Assembly (NCBI GenBank): GCA_046482545.1
Contig: JAWOEX010000028.1
Coordinates: forward strand, 64,001-128,000
Reading direction: 5' to 3'
DNA: 64,000 nt
Source: Candidatus Thorarchaeota archaeon
GTDB lineage: Archaea; Asgardarchaeota; Thorarchaeia; Thorarchaeales; Thorarchaeaceae
In this document: positions 27,112 through 37,355 of the stretch, one piece after another
Layout of the letters: every line of letters starts with the position of its first letter
Position numbering within the stretch: position 1 is the stretch's first letter
Notes under the pieces: model-generated
The model's database searches: none
What the model was told of the DNA's origin: nothing
The model's input: only the letters and a program-made list of their open reading frames with translations
Translations under genes and position numbers: made by a program

Positions 27112-29052
27112 GTGAGGAATCTAAGAATGGAAAATATCAAATCCATAATCACTCAAGGCTCTTCTCAAGAAGAGTCCACTGAGCCAATCAGCAGGATTGC
27201 GGGTATAGGTGGTTTGCTTGGTGTCGCAGCCGCTGCTCTGGGACTATTACTAAGCGGTGGTACACCACTACTACCAATGCCAACAATGTCCGCTGCGATA
27301 TTGAAAGATAGCAGTCATTATCTACTTTCAACAGCCTTTTTGGCAATCATTGCTGTGGGACTTCTTATTCAGTTTAAAGGAATTGAAGGCCTAAGCAACA
27401 GGCTTGAAAGCGGCTATTACAATGTAATTCGATTGACGTTTCTAGCGTCTGTTGCAGCAGCAATAGTTATACTCTGGGGCGGCCTATACTGGAACAAGTC
27501 CAAAGAGGTGGTAGACTACGTAGTTCACACAGCTACAATGACGACAAGCTTTACGATTTCCTGGCAACTGCTTGCCGTTATGTACACAGATGTTTCAAGA
27601 AGCAAGTTAGGGCTTCTAACAGGTATTTTCAATGCGATGTTCATACCAGTATTGGCAATCGGGCAGGCTTTGGGTCCTATCATTGTTTATCTGGGATATG
27701 CAATACTGCTCATAGGGCAATTGCTTAACACACTCTTCTGGTGGTCACCATTAACGAGCATTAGGCAATTTGCAAGAAGCACCAGGACTGCAAAAACTGG
27801 TTTCGGAATAATGGGTGTGCTGTCAGCTGTAGTCGGACTGACAGCAGTCATGAACGGTCCTCTCAAAGAGATATCCGGGATTCAGGTTTGGTACCCCTGG
27901 AGCACCATGATTTCAGACATAATCTTTCAGACGAATCCATCTCTGATTTTTGCATTTTTGGCAGCAACACTTTCATGGGTCATGCTCGCTCCCAGATTAG
28001 GTGCTAAAGAGCTGGAGATTGCAGCGATAGGAAAGGATCTAGTTCAGACAGGACCAAAGGGCTTCTTGGCCGTTCTTATTGCACTAGGGATATTCATTGC
28101 GGGACAAGTAGGAACAAGGGTACCGCAGGTAATAGGGATTTTTCCGCAATTTCTTGCTATCATCCCAGGGGCAATCTTGATACTGATGGGTGGGCTCTAC
28201 ATCAGACATACTGACGTGGTGACCGGAGCTCCAATGGCCCTCAGCGGTTTCTTCATCATGACTCATCCTTATGTGCTGTCATGGTTGGTATTAGTCCCGT
28301 GGTTCTTCTTTATCGTTACCCAAGTACTAATCGCCATAGAATCCTATGTACGTGGCTTTACATACTTCAGTCAACCGGTACTCAATGTGATTCTAAGCGT
28401 AGTTGCCTCATCAGCATTCATCCTCGTCCTGCTAGGAGCGTTCGGAAGTGGTCCACCCGTGATATGGCCAGCAAACAGATGGTTCAACATCAATTTATTC
28501 GCTGGTGTTCCATCATATATCCAAATTTCGACAATCCTTGTCTTACCGATTTTAACACTTGTGGCAAGAAACCTTTTGCTGGGTGGTTATGCCCATGGAA
28601 GAGGATACACTGGGAGCCAGGTACTAATCGGTGCTTCATTCCTATTCTCACTACTTATTCCGATTATTGCGGCTAACTTCAATGTCTACCACATGGTGTT
28701 AACGGCCACAGCTATTATGCTGTTTCTTTATGCTATCAGTTATGCAGCTGTTCTATCACTCAATATGAATCTAGCAAATGATGTCGAAGCGGCGGGATAT
28801 GAAATGCCGGGCACGTTCATCAAGGTGGCAACAATCGTCGGCATGGTCTTTGGTGTTGTACTCATAGTTGCCGGTATGTGGGTGTTCTCGGGATTCCCAA
28901 CCAATATTTTAGTCGGGCAAGTCATAACCCTCCTAGTGACTCTGATAGTTGGATTGGAGCTTCTCTGTATCTTATCATGGCTCATTGCTGGAATCAGACT
29001 GGGTATGCTTACAAGCGGCTTCGCCATTGGAGAACAAAAAACCGCAAAATAG
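27112..29052 (+). CDS. Polytopic membrane protein of unknown function (>15 predicted TM segments)
   Basis: Long, almost entirely hydrophobic ORF; TTTATAA at 27066-27072 upstream. Confidence 0.75.
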   Translation: MRNLRMENIKSIITQGSSQEESTEPISRIAGIGGLLGVAAAALGLLLSGGTPLLPMPTMSAAILKDSSHYLLSTAFLAIIAVGLLIQFKGIEGLSNRLESGYYNVIRLTFLASVAAAIVILWGGLYWNKSKEVVDYVVHTATMTTSFTISWQLLAVMYTDVSRSKLGLLTGIFNAMFIPVLAIGQALGPIIVYLGYAILLIGQLLNTLFWWSPLTSIRQFARSTRTAKTGFGIMGVLSAVVGLTAVMNGPLKEISGIQVWYPWSTMISDIIFQTNPSLIFAFLAATLSWVMLAPRLGAKELEIAAIGKDLVQTGPKGFLAVLIALGIFIAGQVGTRVPQVIGIFPQFLAIIPGAILILMGGLYIRHTDVVTGAPMALSGFFIMTHPYVLSWLVLVPWFFFIVTQVLIAIESYVRGFTYFSQPVLNVILSVVASSAFILVLLGAFGSGPPVIWPANRWFNINLFAGVPSYIQISTILVLPILTLVARNLLLGGYAHGRGYTGSQVLIGASFLFSLLIPIIAANFNVYHMVLTATAIMLFLYAISYAAVLSLNMNLANDVEAAGYEMPGTFIKVATIVGMVFGVVLIVAGMWVFSGFPTNILVGQVITLLVTLIVGLELLCILSWLIAGIRLGMLTSGFAIGEQKTAK

Positions 29053-29458
29053 CAGAATCGCTCACTTGAGAGGACATTGGTCCCATGAGCAATCACAATG
29101 TCTCCTAACCTCATGGGACCTCCACTTGTTTTCTTTTCGTCCGTGGCCTCTCTGAAACAACTGATATCATGGAAGCACACGTTAGCTCTCTGTATAGCCA
29201 ATCTTTATGGCATGCAAGCGTGAGAACGTGAATTTTCTGTTGTCAAAGGAGACACGCCATCTGACCAGAACTGTGGAGATGTCTGATACTGATTGAAAAC
29301 AAACGCTCACAGAGTATGGAATAAAGTTCTATCCCGTGTTGTGCATAGAGTCGACACACATGAGGAATAGATTCAGACTGAGAGATAACAGAAGATGTGT
29401 TGCTGAATCACTCAACCGGTAACCTCAAGAATCCAGCAGACTATGGCTCAGAGCACTC

Positions 29459-30784
29459 TTACGCATTCCGGATGCGCTCTTTGGCTGATCGCAAGTAGGG
29501 AGTGAACCGAATCTTTGATGGGCAGACATAGGAACAGAGACCGCAGTCTATGCATACTTCGACATGGAGCTTCTGCAGGGCCTTTATGTCACCCTCTTTC
29601 TCAGCTTCCAGAATCAGTTGTGGATAGATATCGACGGGACATACCGTGTTGCAGTAGCCACACCTGATACAAGGCAGAGAGTCGGTGTATGGGTCTGGTT
29701 CATCTTTGGTGAAGGCCGTGATTCCTGATGTTGCCTTCAGGAGGGGATATGACGAGTCGGGAATTGCTGGACCCATCATGCTTGATCCGATAACAACCCT
29801 CTCAAACTCATTCGGTGAGACTCCGACAGTCTGAAGGACCTGGTCGACTGATGTCCCCATTCGAACCCATAAATTTCTCCCACCAGTCTTCTCGGAATAC
29901 ATTGTTAGACCTCTGGTGACAAGTGATTCGCCCTCAGATATTGCTCTCATCACTGCATGGGCCGTTGCCACATTGTGTACCACGACTCCAATATCCGGTG
30001 GGAATTTCCCAGATGGACACTCTTTGTTCAAGAGTTCTTTCACCAGAAGCTTCTCGCTGCCAATTGAGTAGCTAGGGCGCATTCGTGCGATGGTAATCTC
30101 ATTCTCCCTCAGCTGTTCTTCCAACTCTGGTGTCTCGCCCTCTTTCGTCCGTGTAGCAAAAATGACTTCATCCGGCTGAAGCATCCGTGCCATCAACTGA
30201 ATGCCAAGCACTATTTCAGACGGTTTCTCCAACATTAGCCGAAAATCGCATGCAATGTTTGGGTCACTCTCTTTGGCATTAATGATAAGGCGAGATATTG
30301 ACTTCTCAGATGATAATTTCACATGAGTCGGAAAAGCAGCTCCGCCCAGACCGACGATGCCTGCGTCTCTGACCCTTTCCAAAAGCTCTTCTCTTGTCGC
30401 ATGGTTGGGGTCTATGGAACTATAATAGGGCTCCTGATCCGTACTACTCGTTTCTATTACTACGGCATTCTCTTTTCGACCCGATATGGGATGGACCATC
30501 TGTTTCAAGTCCACGACACTTCCATGGACTGGGCTGTGTACTGGGACAACTAGAGGGCCTCCGTTTTGATCATCTCCGATCTTCTGTCCGTACCTTACTT
30601 CATCGCCAATGGCTACGAGGGGCTTGGTTTCAGGTCCAATATGTTGGCGAAGGAAGACAATCATCTTTTCGGCGGGAGGTACTGGCGTGAAAGCAGAGTC
30701 TACTGCTTCCATCTTCATGGCCAAATCCATCTTGAAACCGCCTTTTTCGACAAATTCCGGTACGTGTCCCTTCTCAGCCCTCAT
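29459..30784 (-). CDS. rnfC: Rnf electron transport complex subunit C homologue
   Basis: LRQHIG, VHSPVHG, GIVGLGGAAFPTHVKL, CIRCGYCNTVCP, CIDCGLCSYVCPS. Confidence 0.9.
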   Translation of the reverse strand: MRAEKGHVPEFVEKGGFKMDLAMKMEAVDSAFTPVPPAEKMIVFLRQHIGPETKPLVAIGDEVRYGQKIGDDQNGGPLVVPVHSPVHGSVVDLKQMVHPISGRKENAVVIETSSTDQEPYYSSIDPNHATREELLERVRDAGIVGLGGAAFPTHVKLSSEKSISRLIINAKESDPNIACDFRLMLEKPSEIVLGIQLMARMLQPDEVIFATRTKEGETPELEEQLRENEITIARMRPSYSIGSEKLLVKELLNKECPSGKFPPDIGVVVHNVATAHAVMRAISEGESLVTRGLTMYSEKTGGRNLWVRMGTSVDQVLQTVGVSPNEFERVVIGSSMMGPAIPDSSYPLLKATSGITAFTKDEPDPYTDSLPCIRCGYCNTVCPVDIYPQLILEAEKEGDIKALQKLHVEVCIDCGLCSYVCPSKIRFTPYLRSAKERIRNA

Positions 30785-30786
30785 GA

Positions 30787-31833
30787 TTACTTCGCTCCAT
30801 CAGTATTTCTCAATCCATATGGTGTCTTGATTCCGACCTTATCGAGGTAAGGTGTGGCCAAGTTCAAAACCAGCAAGGCGATAATTGACCCTCCGAGGAC
30901 ATTGAGCAGTTGCAACACAAAAGTCAGCACAGCCAGAATAACGCCAAAGAGGATTTGAGAGATTTCCGGCATGGGGGTGGACTGGGGTTCGGTCGCCATA
31001 AAGAAAGTCATGAAGATAACACTCCCGGTGAACACATGGAATGCAACTCGCAAAACTGGGTCGCTTCCCACAACGAGCCCGGTGATTATAGCTAGAGCTG
31101 TCATTGTGACAAGAGTGGAGACAATGATCCGCCATTTCAACTTGAGCCAGTATGTGGAAATCGCTCCCACAATGAATACGACTAGTCCACATGCCCCGCC
31201 AATCCAGCCATGGGTTTGCCAGATTACAAGCCCCTGAGCTGCTGTAAGCTCAATGTTAAGGACTGGCAAGACCTTACCGCTGAATATCCACATTGAACTC
31301 AGAAAACCCTCTGCATTCAGAAGGTCCAACTCCAGATGATGTGGGTGAAAGAGGATCCCAGTCTCTAGAGAGTTTTCCAAGAAGAACATCAAAGACAGAA
31401 ACACAAGAAGCAGGACTTTGGAGGCTGCAGCGGGGTTGAGGTATTTTCTCTTGAAATACCTCCCTTGCCCGTATTTGAAGAGAAGCATTGTAATCAATGC
31501 CACGCCAGCCGTTACGAGGAATGGACTAGCAATGGGCATTGCTAGCCCCACAATCATTCCTGCAACCATTGGAGATGAAGGGGATTGATACGTAGGTCTT
31601 CTTCCTCTCCATTTCTCATAAAAGTAAATCACGCCGTGGACCAGAAGAACTGTACCCATCGCAACCACTATGTGAATGAGGGCGTTCAGACCCATCACAA
31701 TGATAGATGCAATCGCGATAATCGACAATGCCCCAAATGTCTTGAACATCAGTTCAGCCTTGGTGAATCCCAAGTGCATGTGCGGCGGTGCAACATCCTG
31801 ATATTCCACTGGACTCACTTTGTCATTATTCAT
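30787..31833 (-). CDS. rnfD: Rnf subunit D-like membrane protein
   Basis: N-terminal PPH, NPAA, G-x-IG, FFMATEP-x-STP, N-x2-TP-x-LD; 2 bp from rnfC. Confidence 0.85.
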   Translation of the reverse strand: MNNDKVSPVEYQDVAPPHMHLGFTKAELMFKTFGALSIIAIASIIVMGLNALIHIVVAMGTVLLVHGVIYFYEKWRGRRPTYQSPSSPMVAGMIVGLAMPIASPFLVTAGVALITMLLFKYGQGRYFKRKYLNPAAASKVLLLVFLSLMFFLENSLETGILFHPHHLELDLLNAEGFLSSMWIFSGKVLPVLNIELTAAQGLVIWQTHGWIGGACGLVVFIVGAISTYWLKLKWRIIVSTLVTMTALAIITGLVVGSDPVLRVAFHVFTGSVIFMTFFMATEPQSTPMPEISQILFGVILAVLTFVLQLLNVLGGSIIALLVLNLATPYLDKVGIKTPYGLRNTDGAK

Positions 31834-32152
31834 TTCAGCGGCACCTGGCTGTTTTTATGATAAGCAATGATAAATCTTAAAGCTTTGTGCCACTGTTTTC
31901 GCCAAGCGGCCCAGTGTTCTTGGTACATAGTATAATGATAGCACAATCTTAATGGATACTAGGTCAACCAAGATATTGGGATAGTCGCAATTGCAGGTGT
32001 ATCTGAGCAGAGGGTTTTCACTACCGTTAGTTCTTGTGTATTGACTCTAAGGCTAAGCAGCAGACCAGCCCGTCTACATTAAAGACCAAGTGGACATTCA
32101 AGAAATTCTCACTTCGTAGAAGAGATCGAAGACGAGTGTTCGGCCTAAGAGC

Positions 32153-32920
32153 CTAGTCCTGTAAATGCTTATCCACAACTTGAGCACACACGCCAGGAAT
32201 ATCGCTGATTATTCCATCGGTATTCCAATCCAGCATCTGCTTCATGTAGTCTTCATCGTTGACTGTCCACGGATATACACCCAGCCCGGCTTCATGAGCA
32301 TAGGAGACCGAATCCTCAGTTAATTGATAGAAAAGGGGTGCTATGAAATCCATTCCGAGTTCCGTTGCACAATCTACAGTTTCATACCCACTGCTCTTGA
32401 CTATGAGACCTATGGCTGCCTTATCGCTCAAATTTCTCAGCGATGAAACCGCGTTCTCAGAAAAGGAACTGAAGATTACGCTTTCAATCATGTCGTGCTC
32501 CTTTACTAGGTCAAGAGCCCTGTCTTCAATTCCCTCCGTTTTGATTTCAATATCGAGGGCGAAATCACCTTTGGCCAAGTCCAAAGCCTCTGAAAGCAAT
32601 GGGACCTTTTCTCCCTCACCAGCATCCAACTCTCGTATATTGGCCAAACTGCTTTCAGCAACCTTTCCGTTTCCGCTGGTTGTACGACCCAAATCATAAT
32701 CGTGAATACAAATCAAAGAGCCATCTCTGGTCTCTTGAACATCAAGCTCAACCATATCCGCTCCAAGTTTCCAAGCAGCCGCATATCCTTTCAACGTGTT
32801 CTCGGGAGCGTGATTGGGAGCACCTCTATGCCCAACCACGATCTTCTCTCTCATTTTTGGTTTGAGGTTGATTCCTAGTGACACATCACTAACCCTCCAT
32901 GCATCTTCGAAATATATCAT
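32153..32920 (-). CDS. Glycerophosphodiester phosphodiesterase (true start probably MREKIVV)
   Basis: GHRGA-x4-PENT, VELDVQ-x-TRDG, HD, IEIK, SSF, WTVND, GIISD-x-P. Confidence 0.92.
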   Translation of the reverse strand: MIYFEDAWRVSDVSLGINLKPKMREKIVVGHRGAPNHAPENTLKGYAAAWKLGADMVELDVQETRDGSLICIHDYDLGRTTSGNGKVAESSLANIRELDAGEGEKVPLLSEALDLAKGDFALDIEIKTEGIEDRALDLVKEHDMIESVIFSSFSENAVSSLRNLSDKAAIGLIVKSSGYETVDCATELGMDFIAPLFYQLTEDSVSYAHEAGLGVYPWTVNDEDYMKQMLDWNTDGIISDIPGVCAQVVDKHLQD

Positions 32921-33222
32921 TCATCATCAGGACTAATCCCGGTTCCACCACATCTTGGACAGGTCTCGGTTCCAACATCGGTTTTGATTGTGCCTGTTCC
33001 GTCACAATAGTAGCATTGAGAAGAATCGATATCCAAGGACTTATCGAATCCTCTGGCTACTGCGGCGCCAATGCCAATCATGACTGCGGACAAAAACATC
33101 AGTGTAAGAGCATGCAAATAGAGAGATTCTATGGGCATTAAAACTAACAAGGAAAAAATAAACAACACTGAGCCAAGAACACATGATACAATCCCTTTCG
33201 TCTTTCGGTCCATAGATACCAC
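32917..33222 (-). CDS. Small 2-TM membrane protein with a DnaJ-type CxxCxGxG zinc finger
   Basis: Two TM helices then CYYCDGTG and CPRCGGTG. Confidence 0.75.
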   Translation of the reverse strand: MVSMDRKTKGIVSCVLGSVLFIFSLLVLMPIESLYLHALTLMFLSAVMIGIGAAVARGFDKSLDIDSSQCYYCDGTGTIKTDVGTETCPRCGGTGISPDDE

Positions 33223-33351
33223 ATTCTCAGGTTAGTGGATGAAGACAACCTAGAGAGAACGAATAGTTGTCTTATCAAGTGTTCACGAATCTACTGTGCT
33301 TTATAGATTACGGCTTAGCAATGAGGGAGGTAGAAGGAACAGATATGAGGG

Positions 33352-34302
33352 ATGAATTACTATGAGATAGCTGGTGTAAGAGTAGTGTCCCAGAAGGACC
33401 TGTTTTCGAAGTATAGTGATATATATAGTAAGGCAGAGGCCAGAGAGATAGTTCCAGATGGTCCCTTTGTACGCCAGTTCATAGATATTCCACATGGCGA
33501 AATAGATGTCGGGGTGTTCTTCAAATCTGAAGGTTCGAAACAGCCTGCTCAGGTTTACATAGGTAGAGCCCTCCCTGTAGAAGCTGCTTCACAGGAAGGT
33601 CTGCTAGAGACCGATGATGAAACACTATTCAGCAGAACGATAGTGTCAGAAATTAGAGATGTAGAATATGTCCGGGTCATTATGTCCGCAGGAAGGCTAT
33701 TAGAAACTCAAAAAGAGAAAAGGAGATTCCTGCAAAAATGTCAGCGTATAATTGATATTTTGGTGAGAAAAGCGAAAAACGTAATCCATATCGGAGTCAT
33801 TGGTAGCTTCAGGATGGACAAGCGCATCTACTCGCTCCGAGAGTTTTTTGAACAGCGCCTAGGCATGAATGAAGTTTCAATTGAAGCTGCATCAATCTCC
33901 TTTGATGCTGCAGCTCCAGATTGTCTCATTCTATCAGATAACACTGTTGTAACCTTAGGAGAACCAAAAGTCGCCCATGGGATATTCCATTTTGTCGGAG
34001 GGCTTGGGTATATCTTTGATAAGGAGGAGGGAGCGGTCCAAGAAGAGCGGCTCTTTCGATCTACAGTTGATCTCTCCGACAATGGGATTGATCGAGCTTA
34101 TGTCGATGGAGTAATCGAGCGTATGACCGAAGATTTTCAGAACAACGTACATTCACTCATGTTCACCGACGTTTGGAAGAAAAGCGACGAGAGGCCAACT
34201 GGAGTCGTCTTCGATCAGAACCTGCTCATCAAAATGGGAGCAAGCAGTGAAATTTGGACTGGCGTCTTCGAAGTATATGTGCGGCCTCCAGCCCAGAGCT
34301 AA
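33352..34302 (+). CDS. Hypothetical soluble protein
   Basis: 316-aa ORF preceded by GAGGG; no recognised motif. Confidence 0.7.
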   Translation: MNYYEIAGVRVVSQKDLFSKYSDIYSKAEAREIVPDGPFVRQFIDIPHGEIDVGVFFKSEGSKQPAQVYIGRALPVEAASQEGLLETDDETLFSRTIVSEIRDVEYVRVIMSAGRLLETQKEKRRFLQKCQRIIDILVRKAKNVIHIGVIGSFRMDKRIYSLREFFEQRLGMNEVSIEAASISFDAAAPDCLILSDNTVVTLGEPKVAHGIFHFVGGLGYIFDKEEGAVQEERLFRSTVDLSDNGIDRAYVDGVIERMTEDFQNNVHSLMFTDVWKKSDERPTGVVFDQNLLIKMGASSEIWTGVFEVYVRPPAQS

Positions 34303-34321
34303 TATCTCGTGATTCGTCAAC

Positions 34322-35926
34322 TCAGAAGAATATAAGGTCGAAAGCGTCTATTGCAACAAACACTACACGAAAAGCATAGATTCTGAATGTATAGGTCACA
34401 TCTACTCGTTCATTATTGCTGATCGACTCAGCCATATAATCGATTGACTCCTCACCAAATGACGCGAGTAGTGAGGTAAGCGATTCAACTGTTATGCATT
34501 CCGGCGAGCCACTAGAAGCAAGAAGAATATCATCTGAAATGATGTCTATTTCAGAATATACGGAATCGCTCACTTCGGTTGTTGTAGATATTCCAACGTT
34601 ACTCATTCTGAGTGAGTCGAAATGGGATATAGAACGAACTGTTTGTGAATAGGTATACAGGAAATACTCACCGACATCCCCCGCCATAGCTTCGGAGAAG
34701 AGAGTTCTGTTACAGCTAACTTCAATGCTGTCCCACACACTCAGAGTATCAGATATCAAACCACAAGCCCTCATGGTGTTGTCATCGCCATCCAGACTGT
34801 CATCCATAACAAAAGGCTCAACCACCAAACCGAGAGAAACGCCGAATGATTCAGCCAAGCCTCTCAATCTATTTGTCCACTCCCGGATTATGCTCCGATT
34901 GGATGAATCAAGCATGGACCTCACAACGCCTGAAAAGCCACCAAAATCGACTGCACGGATTCTTGAGAATAACAATGACCACTCGGAGCTCGAAAGGGTC
35001 ATGTCCAGAAAGACTATGCTCGGTTTTCTGAGAGCCGACGTGAAATTGACCAGATGAAATGTTTGGTTGAGGAGTGTATAGTGGCTTTCGAACACCAAAC
35101 GAAGAAGCTGAGCAGATCCCAGTGGTGAATCGATATGCTGGAAGTAGGTCTCTCGGTTGGATGAAAAAGTCATGCTATAGTTCAAATCTGTACTGTTGAG
35201 GGTATACAGCCAGTTGATGGTTTTCTGATGGCGGTCTACATCATCAGCTGAGACCTTTAGATCAAGCCCGAAATCATTCGATTCTAGAGCATTCAGACTA
35301 GGTTCTAAGAGGGATGAATTTTCGTTGACAGAAACAGAAAACCGCATTGGAGAGATTTCGTCAACTTCAACCGTCGCTATCGGATTACGCCCCATTGCAT
35401 ACGTGGCGGTTGGCATAGCAAGGCCTAGCAGATTCATGAATATGAACCAAGCAATGGCCTTCTTGCCCAATTCTTTCAAGTCCCCCTTAAATCCAAACTG
35501 GCCATAGACAAGCATGAAGAACACTGCAACTATGTTCAGCAATACAAGAAGTAGAAACCCATGGACCAAACTGGTCAGCAGGACAAATATGACTGACTCG
35601 ATCATAGTCACTATTAGATTGGTGTTTGCACTCCGAGAGGTGTAGTAGGAATAAACGAGAGAAGGAAGTATGATGAGAAGCGGAATTACGTAGAGCACCA
35701 AAGGGAGAGAATCGGTAAGTGGTACACCTGCAACAACCAACCAACCAATGACATGAATAAGGGTAAATAACATCAATGCAGTGTTGATTCCTAGGACCGT
35801 TGATATCAACAGGTGAATAGCTCGCTCAGCACCCTTGTACCCTGCTATACGGTCTCGGATATTTTCTCGTTTCGTTTGTATTTTCTCAGTTGCGTTAGTC
35901 ATGCTTGTCTTTATTCGATCAGCCAT
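34322..35926 (-). CDS. Membrane protein, ~5 N-terminal TM plus a large soluble domain
   Basis: Hydrophobic N-terminal third; no family recognised. Confidence 0.7.
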   Translation of the reverse strand: MADRIKTSMTNATEKIQTKRENIRDRIAGYKGAERAIHLLISTVLGINTALMLFTLIHVIGWLVVAGVPLTDSLPLVLYVIPLLIILPSLVYSYYTSRSANTNLIVTMIESVIFVLLTSLVHGFLLLVLLNIVAVFFMLVYGQFGFKGDLKELGKKAIAWFIFMNLLGLAMPTATYAMGRNPIATVEVDEISPMRFSVSVNENSSLLEPSLNALESNDFGLDLKVSADDVDRHQKTINWLYTLNSTDLNYSMTFSSNRETYFQHIDSPLGSAQLLRLVFESHYTLLNQTFHLVNFTSALRKPSIVFLDMTLSSSEWSLLFSRIRAVDFGGFSGVVRSMLDSSNRSIIREWTNRLRGLAESFGVSLGLVVEPFVMDDSLDGDDNTMRACGLISDTLSVWDSIEVSCNRTLFSEAMAGDVGEYFLYTYSQTVRSISHFDSLRMSNVGISTTTEVSDSVYSEIDIISDDILLASSGSPECITVESLTSLLASFGEESIDYMAESISNNERVDVTYTFRIYAFRVVFVAIDAFDLIFF

Positions 35927-36040
35927 ACACTTGCAAATCCATTACTCGGTTTATGGGACTTATATTTTATGTATATCCCATTTGCGGCATTCAGGTCCCA
36001 ACCATCAAAATGAAATATCATATAGTACGGAAAAAAGGCT

Positions 36041-37246
36041 GTGATACCCGTGTTCGATGTTCTCGTTGTCGGAGCAGGTCCCGGGGGTTCAACTACGGCA
36101 AAGTATCTTGCCGACATGGGTTATCAGGTTTGCCTGATTGATAAGAGCACCTTTCCCAGAGACAAGCCATGTGGCGGGGGTTTCTCACCAGAACTCTTCG
36201 AGTTTTTTCCGCACCTCCGCACAAAACAAGATGAATTTCTTGAGCGGGTGCTTAACGTAGGGATCCTTCATTCGCCGAGCAGGCAAATCACACTCAAAGG
36301 AAAGGCAAAGATGGCTGTAGCTCTGCGCTCAAATTTGGACAATGTCCTCTTCATGGCGGCACACGATGCTGGAGCTGATTGCTTGACGGGTGTTAGGGTA
36401 AAGTCAGTCTCAATCGATAACGATGGGGTCGAGGTGTGGACATCTAATGAAAGGAAAATCTCCGGCAAGGTCATCGTAGGTAGTGACGGGGTGAATAGTA
36501 TCGTAGCGAGAGAATCTGGACTCAATAGTAAATGGCGGCAGGACAGCATAACAGCCTGTAGAGTAGCAGAGATACCGGCAAGAGAAAAAGAGATTGTTGA
36601 TTTTTATGGAATTGAAGGGGATTATCACTTCTATGCTAATCTGTCCGGGGCGCCAGGCTATGGGTGGATCTTTCCAAAAACGGAAACAATCAATGTTGGC
36701 GTGGGTATTAAGGCGAACCATGCCAGCAATATGCAAGCAGTGTTCAACTCCTTCGCGAATTATCTGATGAAGCACGATCTACTTCCCCGAAACATTGACA
36801 TCTCAAATGCTAAGGGGGCAATTGTGCCCACAGGAGGGCCACTGAACTCCTTTGTGCGGAATCGCTGTGTCCTCATTGGTGATTCAGCTGGAATGGTAAA
36901 CCCATTGACCGGTGGGGGAATCCTTTACGCCATGGAAGCAGGCAAGATAGCGGCTGATGTTATTGGCAGATGCATAAACGAGGACAAATGGAGCAAGGAA
37001 AACTTAGAGCCATATCAGCGTGAATGGGAGAGTAGTAGTGGGCGTTCCATGGATGCAATGCTTCTCGCTCAAAGGCTCTTTACAAGTTTCTTGACTGAGA
37101 CGCTTTTCAAGATTGGCTCCCGAGATGACAAACTCCAAGATATGGTCAGTAGCGCCATGGGAGAATCCGAAGTTAGTGATTTGGACATACCTAGACTTGT
37201 TGGGAGGGCTGCGCTTGTATGCCTAAAGACATCTCTTCACATTTGA
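36041..37246 (+). CDS. Geranylgeranyl reductase family protein
   Basis: DVLVVGAGPGGS, FPRDKPCGGG, GYGWIFPK, GDSAGMVNPLTGGGI. Confidence 0.92.
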   Translation: MIPVFDVLVVGAGPGGSTTAKYLADMGYQVCLIDKSTFPRDKPCGGGFSPELFEFFPHLRTKQDEFLERVLNVGILHSPSRQITLKGKAKMAVALRSNLDNVLFMAAHDAGADCLTGVRVKSVSIDNDGVEVWTSNERKISGKVIVGSDGVNSIVARESGLNSKWRQDSITACRVAEIPAREKEIVDFYGIEGDYHFYANLSGAPGYGWIFPKTETINVGVGIKANHASNMQAVFNSFANYLMKHDLLPRNIDISNAKGAIVPTGGPLNSFVRNRCVLIGDSAGMVNPLTGGGILYAMEAGKIAADVIGRCINEDKWSKENLEPYQREWESSSGRSMDAMLLAQRLFTSFLTETLFKIGSRDDKLQDMVSSAMGESEVSDLDIPRLVGRAALVCLKTSLHI

Positions 37247-37355
37247 TTCCGTTGCAGTACTGACTTCGAAACCAACTAATTTTTACACAAAGGATAAATT
37301 AGGGGATACACAAGGCAACTAGGTTAGGTTCAAGTTAGTTAAAGGAGATATAATA

